From NCBI GenBank assembly GCA_904419875.1, contig CAJFTG010000002.1:24039-88038 (forward strand): DNA of 64,000 nucleotides, read 5' to 3'. This DNA comes from Candidatus Avimonas caecicola. Its GTDB lineage: Bacteria; Bacillota; Clostridia; Oscillospirales; Acutalibacteraceae. Shown here piece after piece: positions 25,570 to 33,712 of this stretch. The position numbers were made by a program, and so were the translations under genes. Numbering within the stretch: position 1 is the first letter of the stretch; each line of letters opens with the position of its first letter. The notes below the pieces were generated by a model. The model did not search any database. It worked only from the letters and a program-made list of their open reading frames with translations, and was not told where the DNA came from.

Positions 25570-27468
25570 ATGAAAAGCAAACGGCTGCTTCGCCGCGGGA
25601 CAGTCTTCCTGCTCTGCGGCGCACTTCTGCTGCTGACGGCATGCGGCGGCAATACGGCTTCTTCCAGCCCGGCGGACTCCTCCGGCTTTTCCGGCCCCTC
25701 CGGCTCTTCGGCCTCCTCCGCCGGCACGAGCGGAACAAGCGGGGAGAGCGGCGCCACGGGGGAGGACGGGAAAACGCAGGGAACCACGTCCGGCAGCGGC
25801 GGGGGCGGAGGCGGAGGCGGGGACGCCGGGCAGAACGGCGGTCCCACTTCACCGCCATCCGGCAGCTCCGGCTCCAGTCAGCCGGATACCCCCGCCGCAT
25901 CCGGCACGCCGCTGGATTCGATCTCCGCGGACGACGGGATCACCAGTACCTTCTTCGGTTCGGTGGAAATCGAGGAGAGGAACTCCTACACCGCCCCGGG
26001 AAGCAGCGGCGACCTCTGGCCGGGCGCCTGGTCGGACGACGGCTACCTCTATGTAGCCAACGGCGACGGCCCCGGCTTCGGGAGCGTCAACGCCGATATC
26101 GCGGTGGGCCGCATCAGCGGCACCCCTTCCACAGGGCTGCGCGGGGAAGGGCTGGCCTGCGGCGACGCCGTGGCGGAAGTCTGGTCCGGCTCCCAGTTCA
26201 ACCGCAAGCCCACCGGCATGGTTTCCGTGGGCGGGGTGCTGTATCTGGCGGTGCAGGACCTGCGCTCCACCTCCAACGGCATCTTTGACGAAGCGCCGGC
26301 CGCCTCCATCTACCAATCCACCGACAAGGGCAGGACCTGGACCGGCACCGACGAGCCGATGTTCGACGACTACGTCTTTACCACCATCCTGTTCCTCGAC
26401 TACGGCCAGGACAACGAGAACAGCCCGGACGGCTATGTCTACGCCTATGGGCTGGACAATAACTGGCGGGATTCCTTCTCCGGGCTGGTGGACGACCCGG
26501 TCAGCCTTTATCTGGCCCGGGTGCCGGCGGACGGCGTGATGGACCGCAGCAAATGGGAGTTTTTCTCCGGGACCTCTTCCTCTCCTTCGTGGAGCCGGGA
26601 CATCAACGCCCGCAAGCCGGTGCTGACCGACACCCGGCGCGTCTACGAACGGGTAACCAGCGGCGTGCCCAGCGTGCGGGACATGTCGGTGATCTCCCAG
26701 GGCAGCATCGTTTACAACGAGCCGCTGGACCGGTATATTTATACCTCCTGGACAGAATATACCTATGAGTTCTACGAATCCCCCACCCCTTACGGGCCGT
26801 TTAAGCTCTTCGCGCGCAAGGATTTCGGCGCCTATCCCTGGAACAGCCAGAAATACGGCGGCTACGGCTGTGTCATCCCCTCCAAGTTCATCAGCGCCGA
26901 CGGCCTGGAAATGTATATCGTCTCCAACACCTTTGTCGACGGGGTCAATCAGTACGGCTACAACATGCGGAAGATGACCGTCACCCTGGCCTCTTCCGCG
27001 CAGGCAAACAACGCGAAGGGCCCGAAAAACCTGGCTGCGGACGGCAGCCTGAACCCGGTGGTTATCAGCACCAGCAATGGGAACGGGCGGCCCCACCGCC
27101 TTAACGACGGTTCCCTCGAATACGAGGAGCAGAGCTGGACGGGCGAGATGAAGGACATCGACTACTGGGGCTACAGCTTCCGCAAGGTCTGCCGGTTCAA
27201 TACCATCGAATACACCACCGGCGAGATGAAGAACGACGGCGGCTGGTTTGCCACCCTCGGCGTCCAGGTCCGGCAGAACGGAAAATGGGTGAACGTGAGC
27301 GGCGGGACGGTCTCTCCCCGCTATCCCAAAACCATGAGCACCGGCTCCAACACCACGTACACCATCCGCTTCGACGAGATCAGCGGCGACGCTGTTCGGA
27401 TCATCGGCCGGCCGGGAGGGTCCATGCGGTACACCACCATCTCGGAGCTGGCGGTGTACTACCGCTGA
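25570..27468 (+). CDS. Lipoprotein: Asp-box beta-propeller glycoside-hydrolase-like domain (tentatively DUF4185/GH183-like) + C-terminal discoidin (F5/8 type C, CBM32-like) module
   Basis: ATG at 25570. Lipobox LLLLTAC, then a Ser/Gly-rich linker. Motifs DLWPGAWSDDGYLYVANGDGPGFG, KPTGMVSVGGVLYLAVQDL, Asp-box STDKGRTWTG and YGGYGCVIPSKFIS. The C-terminal ~150 aa end in ISELAVYYR, like discoidin CBMs. The family assignment is unverified. Confidence 0.7.
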   Translation: MKSKRLLRRGTVFLLCGALLLLTACGGNTASSSPADSSGFSGPSGSSASSAGTSGTSGESGATGEDGKTQGTTSGSGGGGGGGGDAGQNGGPTSPPSGSSGSSQPDTPAASGTPLDSISADDGITSTFFGSVEIEERNSYTAPGSSGDLWPGAWSDDGYLYVANGDGPGFGSVNADIAVGRISGTPSTGLRGEGLACGDAVAEVWSGSQFNRKPTGMVSVGGVLYLAVQDLRSTSNGIFDEAPAASIYQSTDKGRTWTGTDEPMFDDYVFTTILFLDYGQDNENSPDGYVYAYGLDNNWRDSFSGLVDDPVSLYLARVPADGVMDRSKWEFFSGTSSSPSWSRDINARKPVLTDTRRVYERVTSGVPSVRDMSVISQGSIVYNEPLDRYIYTSWTEYTYEFYESPTPYGPFKLFARKDFGAYPWNSQKYGGYGCVIPSKFISADGLEMYIVSNTFVDGVNQYGYNMRKMTVTLASSAQANNAKGPKNLAADGSLNPVVISTSNGNGRPHRLNDGSLEYEEQSWTGEMKDIDYWGYSFRKVCRFNTIEYTTGEMKNDGGWFATLGVQVRQNGKWVNVSGGTVSPRYPKTMSTGSNTTYTIRFDEISGDAVRIIGRPGGSMRYTTISELAVYYR

Positions 27469-27501
27469 ATGCCCCACCGAATTGAGAAAGGACGGAACGG
27501 C

Positions 27502-29166
27502 ATGGGAAAAGGAAGAATCGCAGCCTCCGCTCTGGCTTTTGCCTGTGCGGCCGGGCTGCTGGCCGGCTGCCATCCGACGGAAGGAGAGACTGCCATGAAA
27601 AAAGTCCCGGAGACTGTGGAAAGCGAGACCAACAGCACCTTTTTTTCCACCGTGCACATCGAGGATAAAAACACCGTATCCATCCCCCTGAGCGACGGCG
27701 ACCTCTGGCCGTCCGCCTGGGCGGAGGACGACTTCCTCTATGTCGCCAACGGGGACGGCAAAGGGCTGGACACGGCGGACCCCTGGCAGGACATCCGGGT
27801 CGGCCGGGTGCGGGGAAACCCCTGGGACAACAGCCTGAGCGGGGTGAACCTCGCCTTTGCGGACGGAGTGGCGAAGGTGTGGAACAACCCGGACGAATAC
27901 AACCGCAAGCCCACCGGCATGGTCTGTGTGGACGGCGTGCTGTACCTCGCCGTGCAGGACCTGCGCAAGTCGAGCATCGGCATCTTTGACGACGCACCCA
28001 CCGCCTCCATCTACAAGTCCACCGACAAGGGCGTCACCTGGACGGGGACCGGCGAGCCAATGTTCGACGATTACCGGTTCACCACCGTGATGTTCCTCGA
28101 CTACGGCAAAAACAGCGAAAACTGCCCGGACGAGTATGTCTATGCCTACGGGCTGGACTACAACTGGCGGGATTCCTTCACCAACCGGGTCATCGACCCG
28201 GTGGACCTCTATCTGGCGCGGGTGCACAAGGACCACGTCATGGACCGTTCCCGCTGGGAATTCTTCGCCGGGACGGACGACGGCGGCCAGCCGCTGTGGG
28301 ATGCGGACATCAGCCGGCGGCAGCCTGTCCTGCACGACGAGCGGAAGGTGTATACCAACGTTAACCCCGCCTACAGCGGCGTCAGCAGCATGACCGTGCT
28401 CTCCCAGGGCAGCATTGTGTACAACCGGCCGCTTGACCGGTACATCTACACCTCCTGGACCGAATACACCTTCGAATTTTACGAATCCCCCACCCCCTAC
28501 GGGCCGTGGAAGCTGTTTTTGCAGAAGGATTTCGGCGGCTACCCCTGGACCTCGGATAAGCACGGCGGCTATGCCTGCACCATCCCCTCCAAATTCATCA
28601 GCGAGGACGGGCGGGAAATGTGGGTGCTCTCCGCCACCTTTAACGGCGGCGCCCAGCAGTACCGCTTCACCGCCCGCAAGCTGACGGTCGAACCCTATGA
28701 CCCGGAGGGGGCTTCCAACGCCCGGTCGGAAAACAACCTTGCGCTGGACGGCGCGGTCCCCTATACCCGCTGCAACCGCTACGGGAAGGGGGCTGTCCTC
28801 AACGACGGGGACAAGACCTCGGCCGAGGACAGCTGGACCGGCGAAAACAAGGACGAGGATTACTGGGGCTACACCTATCCGGATTACCGGAACTTCAATG
28901 CCGTGGAATACACCACCGGCAATATCGACGTGCAGGGCGGCTATTTTGAAGACCTGCGCGTTCAGGTGCGGCGCGGCTTTGAATGGGTGGACGTGGAAGG
29001 GCTGACCGTTTCCCCGGACTATTCCTTTGATGAAAACGTGAAGCCGTTCACCACCTACACCCTGACCTTCGATGAGATCGACGGCGACGGCATCCGGGTG
29101 GCGGGCGCCCCGGGCGGCACCCTTTCCTATACCGGCATTTCGGAGCTGGCGGTCTATTACCGCTGA
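27502..29166 (+). CDS. Tandem paralog of 25570..27468 (DUF4185-like propeller + discoidin module), lipoprotein
   Basis: ATG at 27502 after GAGAAAGGACGG. Lipobox LLAGC. It is colinear with the upstream gene (DLWPSAWAEDDFLYVANGDGKGLD, KPTGMVCVDGVLYLAVQDL, STDKGVTWTG, HGGYACTIPSKFIS, ISELAVYYR). Confidence 0.7.
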   Translation: MGKGRIAASALAFACAAGLLAGCHPTEGETAMKKVPETVESETNSTFFSTVHIEDKNTVSIPLSDGDLWPSAWAEDDFLYVANGDGKGLDTADPWQDIRVGRVRGNPWDNSLSGVNLAFADGVAKVWNNPDEYNRKPTGMVCVDGVLYLAVQDLRKSSIGIFDDAPTASIYKSTDKGVTWTGTGEPMFDDYRFTTVMFLDYGKNSENCPDEYVYAYGLDYNWRDSFTNRVIDPVDLYLARVHKDHVMDRSRWEFFAGTDDGGQPLWDADISRRQPVLHDERKVYTNVNPAYSGVSSMTVLSQGSIVYNRPLDRYIYTSWTEYTFEFYESPTPYGPWKLFLQKDFGGYPWTSDKHGGYACTIPSKFISEDGREMWVLSATFNGGAQQYRFTARKLTVEPYDPEGASNARSENNLALDGAVPYTRCNRYGKGAVLNDGDKTSAEDSWTGENKDEDYWGYTYPDYRNFNAVEYTTGNIDVQGGYFEDLRVQVRRGFEWVDVEGLTVSPDYSFDENVKPFTTYTLTFDEIDGDGIRVAGAPGGTLSYTGISELAVYYR

Positions 29167-29206
29167 GCGGAAGCGGTTTCCCCCTGCCGCCGCCTTTAGA
29201 AAAGAT

Positions 29207-29245
29207 TTCGCCCCCGGTGCGGATAACCGCCGTGCCGGGGGCGAA
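29207..29245 (+). terminator. Strong hairpin after the GH operon (11-bp GC stem with nested stem in the loop)
   Basis: ttcgcccccgg-(17 nt)-ccgggggcgaa, 41 nt after the stop at 29166. There is no T-run on the plus strand, while the minus strand would have TCTTTTCT. Confidence 0.5.
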
Positions 29246-29269
29246 TACTATGCCGGGAGGTGAACCGAA

Positions 29270-29443
29270 ATGAGCCCGAAGGAACTGATGTATATCGAGG
29301 ACGCGCTGGGTCACGAGAAATTCCTGAAAACGCAGTGCCAGGAAGCGGTCCAGAACCTGCAGGACGGCGACCTGAAAAACTGCGTGCAGCAGATGCTCAA
29401 CAAGCATCAGCAGCTGTTCGACAGCTTCTATCAGCTGGTGTAA
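29270..29443 (+). CDS. Small spore-coat-associated protein (57 aa), partner of the CotF-like gene; not in the supplied ORF track
   Basis: ATG at 29270 follows GGGAGGTGA. Translation MSPKELMYIEDALGHEKFLKTQCQEAVQNLQDGDLKNCVQQMLNKHQQLFDSFYQLV. This is a helical peptide of the type usually found just upstream of Coat F genes in Clostridia. Confidence 0.6.
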   Translation: MSPKELMYIEDALGHEKFLKTQCQEAVQNLQDGDLKNCVQQMLNKHQQLFDSFYQLV

Positions 29444-29472
29444 GCCACCGGCGGACGAAAGGAGGAAACCGC

Positions 29473-29718
29473 ATGGACGACAAATGCATTATGGAAAACC
29501 TGCTGCTCACCACCAAAGGGGTGTGCGACCTCTATCTGCACGGCACCATCGAATCCGGGACGATGAACGTGCACAGCGCCTTTGACTGCGCGCTGAAGGA
29601 CTCCCTGACCATGCAGGACGACATCTATAAGAAGATGACGGCCAAGGGCTGGTATCCCACCGAGCAGGCGGAGCAGCAGAAGCTCCAGCAGGTCAAGCAG
29701 AAGTTCGCCAACCAATAA
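29473..29718 (+). CDS. Spore coat protein, CotF-like (Coat F domain)
   Basis: ATG at 29473 follows AAAGGAGGAAACC. Translation MDDKCIMENLLLTTKGVCDLYLHGTIESGTMNVHSAFDCALKDSLTMQDDIYKKMTAKGWYP. The ORF-track start at 29260 is in the same frame but is Arg/Gly-rich. Confidence 0.75.
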   Translation: MDDKCIMENLLLTTKGVCDLYLHGTIESGTMNVHSAFDCALKDSLTMQDDIYKKMTAKGWYPTEQAEQQKLQQVKQKFANQ

Positions 29719-29775
29719 AACCGGGCGGACGAGAGCACCGCCGCCGGCATGGCCGGCGGCTTCCAGATCGGTCAA

Positions 29776-29812
29776 AGGGCCGGAGGGGGCTTGACGCCCC
29801 CCTCCGGCCCTT
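29776..29812. terminator. Very strong hairpin between convergent genes (16-bp perfect GC stem, 5-nt loop)
   Basis: agggccggaggggggc-ttgac-gcccccctccggccct, between the CotF-like stop (29718) and the minus-strand stop at 29833. No T-tracts. Confidence 0.55.
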
Positions 29813-29832
29813 CCCCTGCGGGAGGCCCCGCT

Positions 29833-30633
29833 TCACGTTTCCACCGGTTCGCTCCCCGGAACCTTTTTGACCAGGAAGAGCATCGGGTCGCCGTCGCCGG
29901 CGGGCATGGAGAACAAAGGCCCGACATCCACAAACAGGCAGTCCTCATCCGTTTCGTCCCGGTACAGGTCCATCCCCCGGTCCGTGCCCACCTTCTCTCC
30001 GTGCCGGTGGACGGCGCCCAGCGTCGGAACATAAAAGCGGTACTGCGCGCCGTTCCATTCAAACCGGCCATCCACCCAAAGGTTGTAGCGCACATAGGCC
30101 GGCCCGGCCTTGAAAACCAGGCTTTCGGTTTCCGGAACCCCCTGAATCCGGTAGAGGGAACGCTCCGCGTCCAGCGCCGTCCCCACGGCGGTTTCTTCCA
30201 CAAATTCCTCTCCCCCCCGGTACAGAGAGCCGCCCCAGGCCAGGGCGCATGGAATCATGACATTATCCGCAGGGCCGGTGGCGGCGGGCGCCCCGGCGGA
30301 GGAATCCCCTTCGACGCGGGCGGTTTCGCCGGACACCGTGCCGCCGGAAGAGGGGCCGCCCGTCCTGCCGTCCGCGTTTTCGGCAGACGAGGCGGAAACC
30401 GCCGGCGCCGCGTCGTCCAGCGGCGGCGTTTCCGGCGTCCCGGCGCCGGGGCCGGCCAGGAACAGGCAGGCCGCCGCTGCCGACCCCGCCAGCGCCAGCA
30501 CGGCCCGGGAACCGGGCCGCCCGCGGCCCTCCGGCACCCGTGCGGCGAGAAGCCGGCAGGCAAGCCGCCGGCAGGCCGCCTCATCCAGCGCGATTTCCTG
30601 CACCGCCGTTCTATAAGCCGCTTTTGTCAGCAT
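29833..30633 (-). CDS. Membrane-anchored protein downstream of the ECF sigma gene, putative anti-sigma factor
   Basis: ATG at 30633, 9 nt after GGAAAGGA. It has a short cytoplasmic N-terminus (AAYRTAVQEIALDEAACRRLACRLLA), one TM helix (AVLALAGSAAAACLFLAG) and an extracytoplasmic C-terminal domain. The function is inferred from position only. Confidence 0.5.
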   Translation of the reverse strand: MLTKAAYRTAVQEIALDEAACRRLACRLLAARVPEGRGRPGSRAVLALAGSAAAACLFLAGPGAGTPETPPLDDAAPAVSASSAENADGRTGGPSSGGTVSGETARVEGDSSAGAPAATGPADNVMIPCALAWGGSLYRGGEEFVEETAVGTALDAERSLYRIQGVPETESLVFKAGPAYVRYNLWVDGRFEWNGAQYRFYVPTLGAVHRHGEKVGTDRGMDLYRDETDEDCLFVDVGPLFSMPAGDGDPMLFLVKKVPGSEPVET

Positions 30634-30857
30634 ACATTCTCATCCTTTCCATATTGGGGCCGCCTCTGTCCGGGCACACCCGACGCCGGCCCCGTCCGGC
30701 AGGAGCGCCCTCTCTTTCCGGGCCCTCCCTGTCCGCTCCGCCGTTTCCCCGCCGCCCCCCGCCGGCTCAACCCGCTCCTCTTTCCTGCGGAGGGAGGGGA
30801 AGGGGAAGGCTCGGCAGGAGGCGGCAGGGGGCGGCAGGGATGGCAGGGGGGAAGGCG

Positions 30858-31325
30858 TCATCCACCCTCCTCCAGCTCCAGGCGGAGCTTTTTCCTGGCC
30901 CGGCCCAGCCAGGTCTGCACCGTATGCGGGTTCTTCCGCAGAATGGCGGCGATCTCCCGGACAGCATAGCCCTCGTAATAATATAGGTAAAGCACCGTGC
31001 GGTAAGGCGGCGGAAGGGCCCGGACCTGTTCCCAGACCTCCCAGGCGTCGGACGCCTCCGCCGCCCTGTCCTCTTCCAGCGGCCCGGTGCGCCGGAACCA
31101 GGCGGAGCGCAGACGGTCCTTGCACAGGTTCGCCGTGACCCGGTAAAGCCATGCCTTCTCCTGCTCGCCGCTCTCAAACGGCTTTTCCCGCTGCAGCCAT
31201 TTGAGCAGGGCTTCCTGCACCACGTCCTCCGCCTCTGTCCGGCTGGACAGGTAATGAGCGGCCAGCCGCAGCAGGGCGCTGCCGTACCGCGCGACCGCCT
31301 GTTCCACCTCCTGCGCGCTTTTCAC
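30858..31325 (-). CDS. RNA polymerase ECF-type sigma-70 family factor
   Basis: Region 2 (AEDVVQEALLKWLQ...AWLYRVTANLCKDRLR) and region 4 (PPPYRTVLYLYYYEGYAVREIAAILRKNPHTVQTWLGRARKKLR). The start is a GTG at 31325 with a poor SD, so the start is uncertain. Confidence 0.85.
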   Translation of the reverse strand: MKSAQEVEQAVARYGSALLRLAAHYLSSRTEAEDVVQEALLKWLQREKPFESGEQEKAWLYRVTANLCKDRLRSAWFRRTGPLEEDRAAEASDAWEVWEQVRALPPPYRTVLYLYYYEGYAVREIAAILRKNPHTVQTWLGRARKKLRLELEEGG

Positions 31326-31420
31326 CGCTATGCCGTCGCCCCCTCTCTGTCCTTCCCCGGTTCATCCCGAGCCGCCTCTGCCTCATTTCCGCCTCTGCCC
31401 TGCGTCCGCCGCTTTCTACT

Positions 31421-31510
31421 CTTTCTGCCGCCTTCTGCCGCCTTCTGCCGCCTTCTGCCGCCTTCTGCCGCCTTCTGCCGCCTTTTGCCGCCTTTTGCCG
31501 CCTTTTGCCT
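31421..31510. repeat. 9 x 10-bp perfect-period tandem repeat (ccttctgccg x6 including one variant, then ccttttgccg x3)
   Basis: Read directly from the sequence. The copies align exactly with the 10-nt print blocks from 31421 to 31510. The repeat is intergenic, between the divergent ECF sigma and GNAT genes. Confidence 0.95.
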
Positions 31511-31836
31511 TCTACCCACTTCTACCCCGTCTCTGCCACGTTTCCACCCCGCCTCCCTTCGGCCCCGCCCCTTTTTGGGGGCACCTCTTCGGCCGCCGTG
31601 CCGTTGAAGCGCTTTCATTATATAGACGAACCGGCGCGGCTATTTCACTCAGCTTTTTTATTTTTTCCGCTTTTCCTTCCCCGCCTTTATGCCCAGCCGC
31701 TTTGCCCCTGCTTTTACGCCCCTCGCCGCTCCCCGGCGGCGCGCCCTTGACAGGACGGCGGCGGGGCGGTATCCTGAAAGGGAACCGGCCGGCGCGGAAA
31801 CGGGCGTCGGCCGCCTTTGAGCGGAGGTGGACACGG

Positions 31837-32304
31837 TTGGCTCCCTTCTCTTTTTTCCCCGACCCCGCCCTGGAGGACGGGGAGGTCGCGCTCCGGCTCC
31901 AGGAAACGGCGGCTTCTGCGCCGGAGCTGGGCGGAGTTCCCGTTTATCGCTTTGCCATCGTCCGCCGGGCGGACGGCCGGACCGTAGGCCGCTGCGAGCT
32001 GCGGGTCGGCTTCAGCGAAACGCTGTATTATGCCGGAAACATCGGTTATTCGGTGGATAAGCCCGAACGGGGGCACGGCTATGCCAAACGCGCCTGCCTG
32101 CTTCTGCTGCAGCTGGCCCGGCGCCATCGAATGCCGCAGGTGGTCATCACCTGCCGGCCGGACAACGCGCCCTCCCGGCGGATCTGCGAGTCGCTGGGAG
32201 CCCGGCTGCGCGGAATCGTTCCCCTGCCGGCGGACCATCCCCTTTATCGGGACGGCGACCGCGAGGAGTGCCGTTATGTCCTGACCTTTGACGAATACCG
32301 CTGA
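31837..32304 (+). CDS. GNAT family N-acetyltransferase
   Basis: TTG start at 31837, 7 nt after GGAGGTG. Acetyl-CoA motif region (GYSVDKPERGHGYAKRACLLLLQLARRHRM...ITCRPDNAPSRRICESLGA). The 5' 500 nt of ORF 31330..32304 run through the tandem repeat and are not coding. Confidence 0.75.
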   Translation: MAPFSFFPDPALEDGEVALRLQETAASAPELGGVPVYRFAIVRRADGRTVGRCELRVGFSETLYYAGNIGYSVDKPERGHGYAKRACLLLLQLARRHRMPQVVITCRPDNAPSRRICESLGARLRGIVPLPADHPLYRDGDREECRYVLTFDEYR

Positions 32305-32437
32305 AGCCGCCCGCCGGCTGAAATTTAACGGCGGAAGAAAAAAGGCGGCGCATAAACGCCCCGCTCTCTGCGCATCCTATCCCCATCAACGCCTGTCCGT
32401 GGTGAAAACCGGCGGGCGGAGGAAAGGGTAGTACGCG

Positions 32438-32803
32438 ATGGATTGGATGATGATTCTCAAAGCCTTCCTGGTCGGCGGCGCAATCTGCGTGATCGGCCAG
32501 CTGCTGATCGACTATACCGCGATGACCCCCGCGCGGATTCTGGTGCTTTTTGTCACGCTCGGCGTGGCGCTGACCGCCGTGGGCCTTTACGAGCCCCTGG
32601 TGCAGTTCGCAGGCGGCGGCGCAACCGTCCCCCTCACCGGCTTCGGCTACTCCCTGGCCAAAGGGGTGGAGGAGGCGGTGAAGGAGCAGGGGCTGCTCGG
32701 CGCGCTGACCGGCGGGGTCACCGGCGCGGCCGGCGGGATTGCGGCCTCGATTTTCCTGGGCTTCCTCTGTGCGCTGGTTTCCAAATCCGGGGACAAGTCC
32801 TGA
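32438..32803 (+). CDS. spoVAEB: Stage V sporulation protein AE, SpoVAEB-type membrane protein
   Basis: AGGAAAGGG SD. MDWMMILKAFLVGGAICVIGQLLID...YEPLVQFAGGGATVPLTGFGYSLAKG...GLLGALTGG closely resembles SpoVAEB/SpoVAC family proteins. 121 aa. Confidence 0.8.
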   Translation: MDWMMILKAFLVGGAICVIGQLLIDYTAMTPARILVLFVTLGVALTAVGLYEPLVQFAGGGATVPLTGFGYSLAKGVEEAVKEQGLLGALTGGVTGAAGGIAASIFLGFLCALVSKSGDKS

Positions 32804-32929
32804 CTTTCCGTCCGGAAGGCGTCCGCCCGCCGGCCCCCGGCGGGTGTACGTTTTTCCGGCCGAGCAGCACCGGAGCCGTCCGCAAGGCCGATTCTACGCC
32901 GCGGGCGGTGGAGCGGCAGGGCTCCGGCA

Positions 32930-33300
32930 TGGATTCCTCACCCATCGCCCCCGTCCCCTGCTTCCCCCTGCTTCCCCCTGCTTCCCCCTGGTTTCCCCCT
33001 GCTCCCCAGCTTTTCTCTATCTGTTCCCTGCCGTTCCCTCCTGTTTCCCTCTGTTCCCCCTTCTTTTTCCGCCGGTCCCCGCCTCTTGTCCGTCTCCCTA
33101 TCTATCCCCGTCTATCTCCGCTTCCCCTCTTTCCCTCCTCTCTCCTCTCTTATTCTCCCCTTTACCCCCTTACTTCCTCTATTTCCCTCTACTTGCCTGC
33201 GCTTCCCCTCTCTTACCCCCTACTCCTCTCCACACTTCCCCTCTTATCCCGCGGTACTTTCCGGCCGCCCGCCATTTTTCGGCCGCTTTCCCATTGCTTT
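32930..33300. repeat. ~370-bp polypyrimidine (plus-strand C/T) low-complexity block with degenerate 10-bp repeats (cttccccctg x3 at 32961..32990)
   Basis: 33121..33180 contains only 3 purines in 60 nt. No credible ORF. It lies upstream of the small gene at 33388. Confidence 0.9.
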
Positions 33301-33387
33301 TTCCAGATTCTTCTATTACAATATAAACAGAACCGCCGTTTTTCCACACGAAGGGCGAAGGCGGTGGAAAAAGAAAGGAGATGCGGT

Positions 33388-33630
33388 ATGCAGAAAACCA
33401 TTCGCAAGCGGGTTTATGACACGGAGACCGCGGAGAAGCTCTCCACCTACAACGTTGGCTTTTTCGGCGACCCCGCCGGTTACAGCGAGACGCTGTATAA
33501 AACCGAGGACGGGTTTTACTTTCTCCACGCGCTCGGTGGGGAGGAATCCCCCTATCCCAAGGAGACGCTTAAGCCGGTGTCTGCCGCCAATGCCCAGCGG
33601 TGGCTGTCGGACCATCCCGCCGCGGACTGA
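33388..33630 (+). CDS. Small hypothetical protein (80 aa)
   Basis: ATG at 33388, 7 nt after AAAGGAG. The composition is balanced (MQKTIRKRVYDTETAEKLSTYNVGFFGDPAGYSETLYKTEDGFYFLHALGG...), unlike the surrounding junk ORF. It is followed by a classical terminator. Confidence 0.6.
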   Translation: MQKTIRKRVYDTETAEKLSTYNVGFFGDPAGYSETLYKTEDGFYFLHALGGEESPYPKETLKPVSAANAQRWLSDHPAAD

Positions 33631-33653
33631 GCGTCATCCTGGCGGCCGGACAG

Positions 33654-33692
33654 AAAAAACCGCCCCTGTCGAAACGGCAGGGGCGGTTTTTT
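33654..33692. terminator. Bidirectional Rho-independent terminator between convergent genes
   Basis: aaaaaa-ccgcccctg-(9 nt)-caggggcgg-tttttt. Confidence 0.85.
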
Positions 33693-33712
33693 CTTTGTTA
33701 TTTGGCTTGCGG

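Noticed and set aside
31421-33000. Tandem 10-bp repeats as a possible CRISPR array.
   Set aside because: The units are 10 bp and directly abutting, with no spacers. There are no cas genes in the window.
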